Source: Chthoniobacteraceae bacterium
Lineage (GTDB): Bacteria > Verrucomicrobiota > Verrucomicrobiia > Chthoniobacterales > Chthoniobacteraceae
Length of the DNA: 35,074 nt
Reading direction: 5' to 3'
NCBI GenBank assembly: GCA_037190965.1
Contig: JBBCKI010000007.1
Span: 1 to 35,074, forward strand
Position numbers and translations under genes: made by a program. Positions 20,399 to 29,153 of the stretch are shown piece by piece. Under the pieces are notes generated by a model. That model had not been told where the DNA came from, ran no database searches, and worked only from the letters and a program-made list of their open reading frames with translations. Every line of letters begins with the position of its first letter. Positions within the stretch are counted from its first letter, which is position 1.

Positions 20399-21216
20399 AT
20401 TCGGAAAAGGCCCCTCAGCGCAAATCGAGTGATATTGAGAAATGGGCATGGTGGCGAGAGATGAGCGAGAAAGACAGGTTTTTTGAATATAAGATGCCAA
20501 TTTCGTTCTACGGCCGAGTTGTAGACGATAAAGGATCGCCGGTTTCAGGTGCAAAGATGCAATGCACATGGACCGATCTAAGCAGCAATGGAACTAGCAA
20601 GCGGGACTTGGAGAGTAATGCAAATGGATTCTTCTCTCTTGAAGGAGCTACAGGCAAAGGCTTGCTCATAGCTGTAAGAAAGGAGGGCTATAAACCTTAT
20701 TTTTCGAAAAATCAATTTAGCTTTGAATATGCTATGTTTGCTGATCCGAACTATCACATTCCGGACAAAGCACATCCGGTGATCTTTGTGCTCCGGAAAA
20801 ACCGCGAAACGGAAGCACTGATTGCTCATCTCAATCAAGAGGCCGAACTCGCCCCAGGTCAGAAGAAGGCTTTTTCCATTGGTCCGGGCGACGCGGCCGT
20901 CTTGGTCGAGCGCTTGCCTAACATTGGCAACGGACCGGGCGGTTGGGCCGCCAGGGTCAGCGTGCCGGGTGGCGGATTGGTGATCTCAACCGAAGAGTTT
21001 CCTTTTGAGGCACCTGAGAGCGGCTACTCCCCAGTTGTGGAAGTGACGGATAAAACGCCGAAGCCACCAACGTGGTCCGGCGACAATGGCGCTGCCTTCT
21101 TCGTAAAGACGCCCAAAGGATATGGTCGCATCACAGTGCGCAATACACCAGGGATGTCGTGGGTCTACGTTTCGTCTTATCTCAATCCAAAACCGGGCAG
21201 CCGCAATTTGGAATAG
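20384..21216 (+). CDS. carboxypeptidase-regulatory-like (beta-sandwich) domain protein, probably 5'-truncated; candidate immunity/accessory gene
   Basis: PISFYGRVVDDKGSPVSGA..SNANGFFSL..VRKEGY motif, ending NPKPGSRNLE. No signal peptide survives. A possible GTG start at 20395 overlaps the upstream TGA. Confidence 0.65.
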
Positions 21217-21300
21217 AATTACTTATAATAACAGATCCTGCGTGTGGGGATGATCGTCGGTCACTCTCCCCTCCGTAGCTCTGCTCCTTGGAGAAGGGAT

Positions 21301-21766
21301 GGGGTCAGTCAACAAATCTCGACAGAAAAGCGGCTTCTGGGTGTAGTTGATAGGGATGCCACGTCAACCAGAATCGAGCATCCCGGAGCGCGCTATCACG
21401 TCATGCGAGGAGAGATCGAAGGGAGCCGATTTTCGAAGACGTAAAGACCGGGACGATTTTGGAAAAGCTTGGGTGGAGCGGCGGAACGCTTCGGCCGGAG
21501 GATCTATGCATGGGTGTTGATGGATAGCCATTACCATTTTCGAATCAAATTTCCGTCACAAGGGGAGAGCGCCACGCTGAGCGAGTGGCGATTGCTTGGA
21601 TGCTGAATAGGGAAACAAATCTGCCGCAAAACTTTGCCTCCATAGAGCTGTCAATGTGAATCAGCAGATAGGGCGATTTCCGAACGAAATCGGCAATCCA
21701 GCGAGAGTGGCGAATGCGGAGGGAGATCAAAATGGGTGGAACTGGTCAAGAATTGTTGACTGATCC
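21301..21766 (+). mobile_element. decayed, internally deleted RAYT element with both inverted ends
   Basis: Left end GGGGTCAGTCAACAAATCTCGACAG; right end GTCAAGAATTGTTGACTGATCC. From 21356 there are frameshifted matches to MPRQPRIE.PGA.YHVM..IYAWVLMD.HYH, and from about 21553 to the C-terminus (ERVAIAW.L..TN..NV.QQ..RF) of 30382-31440. Confidence 0.85.
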
Positions 21767-22014
21767 ATTCTCACCATTCGAGCCGATTTTTAGTTTATGA
21801 TTGCGCTATGTTTAACGGAAGGTGCCAAATATTTTACGCTTGACTGATGATTCAGTTTCAAACCAAGGTGTTATTTAATGTTCACGGAATCAAGGGAATC
21901 AACAAGCTTCAGAAACGCCAGATGGACTGACTGGTAGGGCAAGCTCGGCAATTGGAGTAAGGAAATGATCAGGATCCCCCGACCGAAGCATTCGGTCCAC
22001 CCATTTTACAGAAT

Positions 22015-24012
22015 ATGAAGCCTTCAAAGAAGAAATCTTATCTTGGTGCGGTAATAGCGACGGTGGCTCTATCGATTTCACCCGGTCTACATGGCGATGA
22101 CCTGGATGTCGTAGGAAACCTTGATGTAACTGGAAATGTCGACATCCATGGCGATTCCCTTACTCTTGGCGCATGGGATGACAATTCCGCTATGCCTGGG
22201 TTTGGGCTTTTATATGACGATGGGACGACAGGAAGTATTTTATTGCAGGCGTCCCGGTCTTCAGCGCAATGGCTGTTTCAGCATCAGGCCAGCGGCGGAG
22301 GTTGGTCGAATGCGTTCAAAATTGATGCCACGCACCGTTTGATTTTGTTCGGCGCCAGTCCCGCCAATTCCGAAAGTATCATTCTCGATCCCATCGGGAG
22401 CAGCAGCTTTGGTACTTCCGTAAATTTCCTTGGCTCGAACAATCAGATGCCCAATCAAACGCTGGCTTCGACCAGCAGCATCCTGACTGCGGGGCTCGGC
22501 GATGCCCGATATTTGAGACCTGGCGCTTTACTTTCCGGCACGTCCTCGCACACTTTTGGTGTTGCTCAGAATCCTTCATGGAACGGACAAGGCTTGACCA
22601 TTAAGGCGGGGGATGGTGCGGCAGGCGTAGCGGATAGGAGTGGAGGTAGTTTGATCCTATCCAGCGGAGCGGCTAATGGTGCTGGGTGGGGGGGATCAAT
22701 TTTACTTCAAACGGCCTCCAATCCCGCGGCATCGGGAACGTCAACCCGTTCAATGGTAACGCGGATGACCATCGATGGCCGGACTGGAAATGTCGGGATT
22801 GGCGCGGGTGCTGGCATGGGGTTCACATGGGCTAATATAGCTGGCAATCTGGATGTGTCTTATGGGGGAGCACCCGCAACTCTTGTTCTTGGTGCGGATC
22901 TTAATTTGCATACACGCTCTGATGCCACCTACAAGAAATTCACTATCGCGTGCCCTCCCTATTACAATTCCCAGCATGCAATTACCGTGATCGGGGCATC
23001 GATTTATAGCGATAGGAGTGAATTATTTATTGGTGGAGCCTCGTCGACGCAACTAGGCCCCACGGATGTGATTATTATGACGCACCTGTCGGAGACGTCA
23101 GCGAATGGCGAAGAGCGAATGCGATTTTACCGGAATGGAAGCATTACGGTCAACGGCAATCTGGTTCAGAATACCACCTTCAGAATCAAAGGAAACGTCG
23201 ACGCCAACTTATTCGTGACCAGTGGATCCAATGACAGCGTCGGGGTCGGTGTAGCCTCACCTCAGGCAAAGCTTCATGTAGGGGGTGGTCTCAAAGTGGA
23301 TGGGAGTGCTTCGATTTCTGGCGGAATTAATGTCAGTGGTTCAGCAAGTATTACCGGGCCTCTCGCAATTTCAGGCACCGGCTCTCTTAGGCTCCCGGAC
23401 GGGACTGTGCTTTCGGGCAGCAATACACTCCAGAGCGTAATCACCAGTGGAACGGCTTTGACGATCTCAGGAGCCGTCTCCGCAAGCCAGGTTACGGGTC
23501 TGTCTCCCGTTGCCACCAGCGGAAATTACACTTCGTTAACTGGCTTGCCCACAATCCCATCTAATACCAATCAGCTCGCCAATGGAGCAGGTTTCATTAC
23601 GTCAAGCGGAACTGCGGCATTCGCTCAAGCCAGCGGGACAGCCACCGCTTTGAGCGGGACCATACAGGCCATACAGGTCGCTGGCTTGTCCGGAGTAGCC
23701 ACAAGCGGCGACTACGCCTCGTTATCCGGCTTGCCGACAATCCCTACTGATACCAACCAACTCGCCAACAGTGCGGGCTACGTAACGGCTAGCGGCACAA
23801 CCAGCGGCATCACTCTTTCAGGAACGACAACCGCAACCGGCAGTATCGTCGCCACAGGAGGCGTTGTTGTAACGGGCACCGCAGTGGAGGTCACCTCAGG
23901 GACGACAACCGTGACCAAAATCGTTTCATCGGGGAGCAGTCAACTGGTTCTCATTCCCGAGCAGGGAGATCTCTCGATGGGAACCTTCACGGCAGGTCGA
24001 ATTCCCCAATAA
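22015..24012 (+). CDS. secreted fibre with phage-tail-fibre-like motifs and a C-terminal QGDLSMG tag (fibre B)
   Basis: Signal peptide and an N-module shared with fibre A. Motifs RMTIDGRTGNVGIG, ERMRF, VGVGVASPQAKLHVGG, and 2x VATSGxYxSLxGLPTIPxxTNQLANxAG. Ends LIPEQGDLSMGTFTAGRIPQ. Confidence 0.8.
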   Translation: MKPSKKKSYLGAVIATVALSISPGLHGDDLDVVGNLDVTGNVDIHGDSLTLGAWDDNSAMPGFGLLYDDGTTGSILLQASRSSAQWLFQHQASGGGWSNAFKIDATHRLILFGASPANSESIILDPIGSSSFGTSVNFLGSNNQMPNQTLASTSSILTAGLGDARYLRPGALLSGTSSHTFGVAQNPSWNGQGLTIKAGDGAAGVADRSGGSLILSSGAANGAGWGGSILLQTASNPAASGTSTRSMVTRMTIDGRTGNVGIGAGAGMGFTWANIAGNLDVSYGGAPATLVLGADLNLHTRSDATYKKFTIACPPYYNSQHAITVIGASIYSDRSELFIGGASSTQLGPTDVIIMTHLSETSANGEERMRFYRNGSITVNGNLVQNTTFRIKGNVDANLFVTSGSNDSVGVGVASPQAKLHVGGGLKVDGSASISGGINVSGSASITGPLAISGTGSLRLPDGTVLSGSNTLQSVITSGTALTISGAVSASQVTGLSPVATSGNYTSLTGLPTIPSNTNQLANGAGFITSSGTAAFAQASGTATALSGTIQAIQVAGLSGVATSGDYASLSGLPTIPTDTNQLANSAGYVTASGTTSGITLSGTTTATGSIVATGGVVVTGTAVEVTSGTTTVTKIVSSGSSQLVLIPEQGDLSMGTFTAGRIPQ

Positions 24013-24094
24013 CGGGCGAAGGATACAATTCCTCTTACCATATCCAGGGGGCGCTTGGTTCCGGTGATTTTCGCTCCCATCTCTCACTTTTATC

Positions 24095-27000
24095 ATGCAT
24101 CGACCCTCTCCTGACTCTGAAAAAGGCCTGGCAAGCCTACGGCTTTTTGTTTCTTTTCTAGGTTTGTTCAGTTTGTCTGTACTTGTCCTCGGCGCGGCTC
24201 CTGCTTGGTGGTCCACATCCAACCCTCCAGTAGTCAACGACGCAACCCCCAACGATTACGCGGCCGTTAATCAGGGGCAGGTTAAGAACATTGCCAAAGC
24301 GGCGGTGGCCGAGTTCGAACTCCGTCTCCCCGGAGGGGCAGGGGTTGAACTGCACGATTTGGTTGATGGCTGGGAAACTCCTGGCGGAGCAACCAACGAC
24401 TACGCTGCTGTCAACCTTGGACAATTGAAGGCACTGGCCAAGCCGTTTTACGACCGGCTTAAAGCGGTAGGATATGTGGCAGATTACCCGTGGGCCGATT
24501 CGACGAATCCAGCAAACGATTATGCAATGGCCAATATCGGCCAGGTTAAGAATCTCTTCGCTTTCGACTTAGCCAGTATCGATGCCATTCATGACACCGA
24601 CCAGAATGGGCTGCCTGACTGGTGGGAAAAATACTATTTTGGCACGATTGGCAGTGATCCAGAGGGTGACGAAGATGGGGACGGACTCTCCAATCTCGCG
24701 GAATTCCAAGCAAAGAGCAACCCCAAGGATTATTATAGCCAGGGTAATGCGGAGCTTTCGCCCGTGCTCTCCATCGTTGGCGGTAATTACCAGTTTGGCC
24801 TTTCGGAGGCGCTTTTGGAGAAACCACTGAGGGTCGAGGTTCGAAATGCTTCCGGGGGCAGCCTCCTCGTCAATGCTCCCGTCCGCTTTTCGGTAGGTGA
24901 AGACGACGGCATTTTCCGGCTAAGCGAAAATGGCGTGGATGCAGGCCGGGAGATTACGATCCGAACGGATGCGGAAGGCATTGCGTCAGTCTTTTATCGG
25001 CAGGGAAGCGCCCTCGGAGTTTTTAGCGCCATCACGGCCCAGGCCAAACCTACGGTTGAAGTCACCCTTCACTCCGCAACCGTGCCGGAAGATCGTCTGG
25101 TTGGTCACTGGCGTTTTGAGGAGGCAACCGGAAACCTGGCTGCCGACAGCGGCCCGTTTGGGTTCGATGCAATCTTGGTCAATCCTCAATGGTCACAACG
25201 ATACACGGGGGAAGGCGACCTCGTTTTCAGTGGGCCAGTCTCCGAAGGAGGGAATGACTCCCACGTACTGATTGAGGAGCCGACTCATCGCGCCTTCGAT
25301 TTTAACTCGGAGAGTTTTACCCTCGGCGCATGGGTGCGATATGATGAAACGGCGCTCCCCGGGCGGATCATCAGCAAAGGAAACGCCGGTTCCACCCCCG
25401 GTTATTATCTCGCCGTCTCTTCGGACGGAACTTTGGAATTCGGCATCGGCACTTCCGCGAACAGCGCGGCTGAGTCCGTTTTGGTTCGTACGGTGGAAGC
25501 CTTTGACGACAATGAATGGCACCACGTTGCCGCCGTCGTGGACCAGGCCGGAGGAACGCTCCGCGTTTACGTGAACGGCATCCCGGCAGTCCTGGAGAAG
25601 GAAACCGGCACGGGAGGATCGGTGGATGAAGAGGATGAAGGCCTCTTTTCTTTTCCTTCGCTGGAGCACCTGAACGCGGGAGCGCCAGAAGATCCGGCAA
25701 GCCCGCTTTTGTTTGCTAGTCGGGGAGGGAACGATGCCTTTTTCAAAGGCGCGCTGGATGAGGTGCGTCTGTATCGGAAGGCGTTAAGCCAGGAAGAGGT
25801 GGGCGAGCTTTACCGGAGCGAATCCCCGCTCACGGCCAAAAACGCCACGCTCAACATCGAGGAAGACACCCTTGGCGTCCTGCTCCTTCCAGTGGAAGGC
25901 GGCGGCTCAACGCCCGCGCTCTATTCCATCGTGACCCCGCCGCAAAATGGCACCCTCGTTCTTGAGGGGCAAACGGCCAATTATTACCCCAATGCTCACT
26001 ACAACGGAAGCGACAGTTTCCGGTTCAAAGTCACCAAGGGTGCGAGGGAAGCAGAGGCGAACGTGACCATTACCGTCACCCCCATTGATGATCCCCCGCT
26101 GGTCAGCGTCGGCGGCGGGCGGAGCGTCCTCCTCTCCGGCACCTTGAATCTTACCGCCGTAGTGACTGACATTGACACCTCGCCCGAGAACATCCGCATT
26201 CAGTGGATGAAGGTCTCTGGCCCCGGCGAGGTTACGTTTGGGACACCGAAGGAAAATACCACCACCGCCACCTTCAGCGCAGCGGGCATGTATCTTCTGC
26301 GCGCAAGCGCCTATGATGGCACCTCCACCCGAAGCGATTCGCTCGTCGTCACCGTCCAGGAGGGAGAGGAAGGCGATGGTCCCACGGTATCCCTGGAATC
26401 GCCCGCCAATGATGTCGGGTTTGATTTCCAAACGCCCATTCTTCTCCAAGCCAGCGCGCTTGCAAGCGGAACGAGGAATACGATCGAAAAAGTTGAATTT
26501 TACGAGGGATCTCGAAAGATCGGTGAGGCCACCGCCGTTGACATCGGCAGCGGCTTTTATCAGATCCACTGGACTCCGTCTCGGATCGGCGCGTATGCGA
26601 TCAGCGCCCTGGCCGTGGAGAGCACCGGGCAAAGCCAGTTTTCGGCGGCACGCACGTTAAGGGTGACGCAACAGGGGTGGTTCAGCGCGGGAGGAACTCC
26701 CGCCGGTAACGAAGGGTACAGCGGCAGCGGCGGTAGCGGCGGCATTTCGGAGGGTTCCGGAACCGGCCCCGGCGGCGGCCACGGCCCCGGAGGTGGAGGC
26801 GGTGGAGGGGGAAACAGCGCGGGCGGCGGAGGCGATGGCTTCGGTAATCCCAATGGGACTGATCCAAACTCGATCGACAGCGACGGCGATGGTTTGAGCG
26901 ACGCCGAAGAAGCCGAGCTTGGGACCGATCCGCTGATTAAGGATACCGACGGAGACGGTTATACAGACCTTGTCGATGGTTGGCCGAGGGATCCTGATCT

Positions 27001-29149
27001 TTATCCTCCGCGTCTGCCCAATCCCCATTACTTGGTGGTACCGCTTGCGAGTCTTCATTCTGACAATGCAACATGTTATTACGGTCAAATGAACGAGCAT
27101 TTTCAGTTTGTACGGACTACCGAGCAGGGATGGTATTGGGACGCTGCTGATACGAATCCTCCAGTGTGGGTTCCCTTGGATAGCATCGATGAGCACAAAA
27201 CGATCAATAACAGAGGAGATGTAACTGGGCATATGCTCATAGATCATTTCTCCCCTTATCCAGGGTACGTAGATCAGGCCGCAGCCACTTGGAGTGCCTC
27301 AAGTGGGACGACAATGATCGACACTGTATTGGAAAAGCCGTATCCAGAAGGTTATCGAAGTACTTCCGCTTTTGCGATAAATGATGATGGAGTTGCTGTT
27401 GTAGCGGATTTTAGAGATGGGAATCCTAAATACTTTGTTTGGAGCGCAGGCGGCAAGGTGTTGCTCCCCAATAACTTTGAGCCATGGGCTATAAATAACG
27501 GTGGGGTTGTTATCGGAAACGGACTATGGGACGGTGGAGTGCTGCACGGTGTCGGAGATGGATTTTTTTGGGGCATTAGCAATTCAGTTGATTATCCAGT
27601 TGCGATCAGTAATTATTTAATATGTTCTATTTGGACTAGAGATCTCATTTCAGGGTGGTCATCGAAACCTTTGCTTGTGCGTGACCGACTCAATCGGCGC
27701 GACGTGCTTGGCTTCGGATCTGCTATCAACGATAGATGTGAAATTGCTGGCGAATTTGGTCCAGGCACTAGTTTTGATGTTATTCGAAATGGAGAAAGGT
27801 TCACATTGGGTAATTTGGGTGATGGATGGAACGTTAGCTGGGTGTACAATATAAACAATCAGGGGGTTATTTTTGGGGAAGCCATCAAGAATGGAAGCCA
27901 AAAGGAAGAGCAAGTATTACTCTTGCCGGTTGAGTTAAAGGATATCAAGAAAGTCGCCGATCTCGACGACGACGTTTATATCGAAGACATCGGGCCTAAG
28001 AAGCCCGGAGAATCCGAGAATGCTTATATTCAACGCCCTTTAAGTAATCGACAAATCGCCTGGATTGAACCACACGGCGCGGTTAACGGCACCGATCCAG
28101 AAATGCCCCATTTGGTGGCTAAGCTCTCAGGACCGGCAAAGCTGAAAGCGCGGTGGAAACTGGAAGTGGAATACAAACGGGGCAACGGCTACCGAGACTA
28201 TTACGTCAATGACTTTACGCAATTCGAGGATACGGTAAGGATCCCAGCTAACGGTGACTACACTGCGGAGATGAATGCTGATCAGGAGTGGCGGATTTTC
28301 GAGACGACGGACTGGATAGACGAAATTGCTCAGCGGGGCTTTTTCGGTGGTACGGCTAAACTTTATGTTTGGCTTCCAAGTCAAGGAGTGGCACCTATAG
28401 AGCCATTTATGACTTTCCGTATCGGCGGTAAAAATCCTGACCAAACGAAGGCCAAGACGTTCATCAACAGCGAGGCAGGAAGCGCATTCTGGTACGCCTA
28501 TGCCATCGCGAAGCATGAGACGTTTGGCCGCGTCAGGGAAAACGGGGTGGTCCGATTCTACAACCAGTTTTATACCGACTACAAGAGTTCCAAGATTGGT
28601 GACGCCGCAATTGATATGGGTTGGGCAGCTTACGCCAAGGCATGGCCGTTATATAACCTTGACCGGGACAAATATGAAAGCGGTCCAAAAAAAGGCCAGC
28701 GATACCAGAACGGTCCCGGTGGATATGGGATGTACCAGGTAACCCTAGGACCAAAGCTTCCGAATGACGCCATTCCTCAAGGAGGAGAAGGCTTTATAAC
28801 ACGCGGTCAAATTTGGAATTGGCAAGATAACGCTCGCCGTGCTATCGAGGAACTGCAAGGAAAGGCGTCTACAGCTCAATCGCTTCATAATGGACTAACA
28901 TCCACCTATCCTAATTCTGGAGCCATCCCCAGCTATAAGCACTTCTCTGGATTGGAAGCCATTGTGATCACTTACTATAACGGAATGGGCGGCGGACAGA
29001 TTCGCCGTGTTGCAGTAAATGGATATAGGACAAGACCCAGGAGTTGCTGGGCTCCCTTCGCCGGAGGTTGGGAGTTTCTACATAATAGATATGTAGATAC
29101 TGGCGCCAAGACAGGATATGTTCATGCTGTGGATAAGCACGTTGAATAA
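24095..29149 (+). CDS. large secreted multidomain protein, putative polymorphic toxin with a lysozyme/transglycosylase-like C-terminus
   Basis: Signal peptide; 3x NDYAxxNxGQ(V/L)K; DxDxDG Ca-binding repeats; LamG (LVGHWRFEE..WHHVAAV..FKGALDEVRLY); cadherin/PKD/Ig-like domains; Gly-rich linker; IN(N/D)xG propeller-like repeats; tip motifs AIAKHET, GYGMYQVT, YYNG. Confidence 0.8.
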   Translation: MHRPSPDSEKGLASLRLFVSFLGLFSLSVLVLGAAPAWWSTSNPPVVNDATPNDYAAVNQGQVKNIAKAAVAEFELRLPGGAGVELHDLVDGWETPGGATNDYAAVNLGQLKALAKPFYDRLKAVGYVADYPWADSTNPANDYAMANIGQVKNLFAFDLASIDAIHDTDQNGLPDWWEKYYFGTIGSDPEGDEDGDGLSNLAEFQAKSNPKDYYSQGNAELSPVLSIVGGNYQFGLSEALLEKPLRVEVRNASGGSLLVNAPVRFSVGEDDGIFRLSENGVDAGREITIRTDAEGIASVFYRQGSALGVFSAITAQAKPTVEVTLHSATVPEDRLVGHWRFEEATGNLAADSGPFGFDAILVNPQWSQRYTGEGDLVFSGPVSEGGNDSHVLIEEPTHRAFDFNSESFTLGAWVRYDETALPGRIISKGNAGSTPGYYLAVSSDGTLEFGIGTSANSAAESVLVRTVEAFDDNEWHHVAAVVDQAGGTLRVYVNGIPAVLEKETGTGGSVDEEDEGLFSFPSLEHLNAGAPEDPASPLLFASRGGNDAFFKGALDEVRLYRKALSQEEVGELYRSESPLTAKNATLNIEEDTLGVLLLPVEGGGSTPALYSIVTPPQNGTLVLEGQTANYYPNAHYNGSDSFRFKVTKGAREAEANVTITVTPIDDPPLVSVGGGRSVLLSGTLNLTAVVTDIDTSPENIRIQWMKVSGPGEVTFGTPKENTTTATFSAAGMYLLRASAYDGTSTRSDSLVVTVQEGEEGDGPTVSLESPANDVGFDFQTPILLQASALASGTRNTIEKVEFYEGSRKIGEATAVDIGSGFYQIHWTPSRIGAYAISALAVESTGQSQFSAARTLRVTQQGWFSAGGTPAGNEGYSGSGGSGGISEGSGTGPGGGHGPGGGGGGGGNSAGGGGDGFGNPNGTDPNSIDSDGDGLSDAEEAELGTDPLIKDTDGDGYTDLVDGWPRDPDLYPPRLPNPHYLVVPLASLHSDNATCYYGQMNEHFQFVRTTEQGWYWDAADTNPPVWVPLDSIDEHKTINNRGDVTGHMLIDHFSPYPGYVDQAAATWSASSGTTMIDTVLEKPYPEGYRSTSAFAINDDGVAVVADFRDGNPKYFVWSAGGKVLLPNNFEPWAINNGGVVIGNGLWDGGVLHGVGDGFFWGISNSVDYPVAISNYLICSIWTRDLISGWSSKPLLVRDRLNRRDVLGFGSAINDRCEIAGEFGPGTSFDVIRNGERFTLGNLGDGWNVSWVYNINNQGVIFGEAIKNGSQKEEQVLLLPVELKDIKKVADLDDDVYIEDIGPKKPGESENAYIQRPLSNRQIAWIEPHGAVNGTDPEMPHLVAKLSGPAKLKARWKLEVEYKRGNGYRDYYVNDFTQFEDTVRIPANGDYTAEMNADQEWRIFETTDWIDEIAQRGFFGGTAKLYVWLPSQGVAPIEPFMTFRIGGKNPDQTKAKTFINSEAGSAFWYAYAIAKHETFGRVRENGVVRFYNQFYTDYKSSKIGDAAIDMGWAAYAKAWPLYNLDRDKYESGPKKGQRYQNGPGGYGMYQVTLGPKLPNDAIPQGGEGFITRGQIWNWQDNARRAIEELQGKASTAQSLHNGLTSTYPNSGAIPSYKHFSGLEAIVITYYNGMGGGQIRRVAVNGYRTRPRSCWAPFAGGWEFLHNRYVDTGAKTGYVHAVDKHVE

Positions 29150-29153
29150 AATT

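Noticed and set aside
22015..24012. Prophage tail gene
   Set aside because: It has a Sec-type signal peptide, and no other phage genes are nearby.
19982..24570. Diversity-generating retroelement template/variable repeat pair
   Set aside because: Differences between the paralogues are not adenine-specific, and no reverse transcriptase is present.
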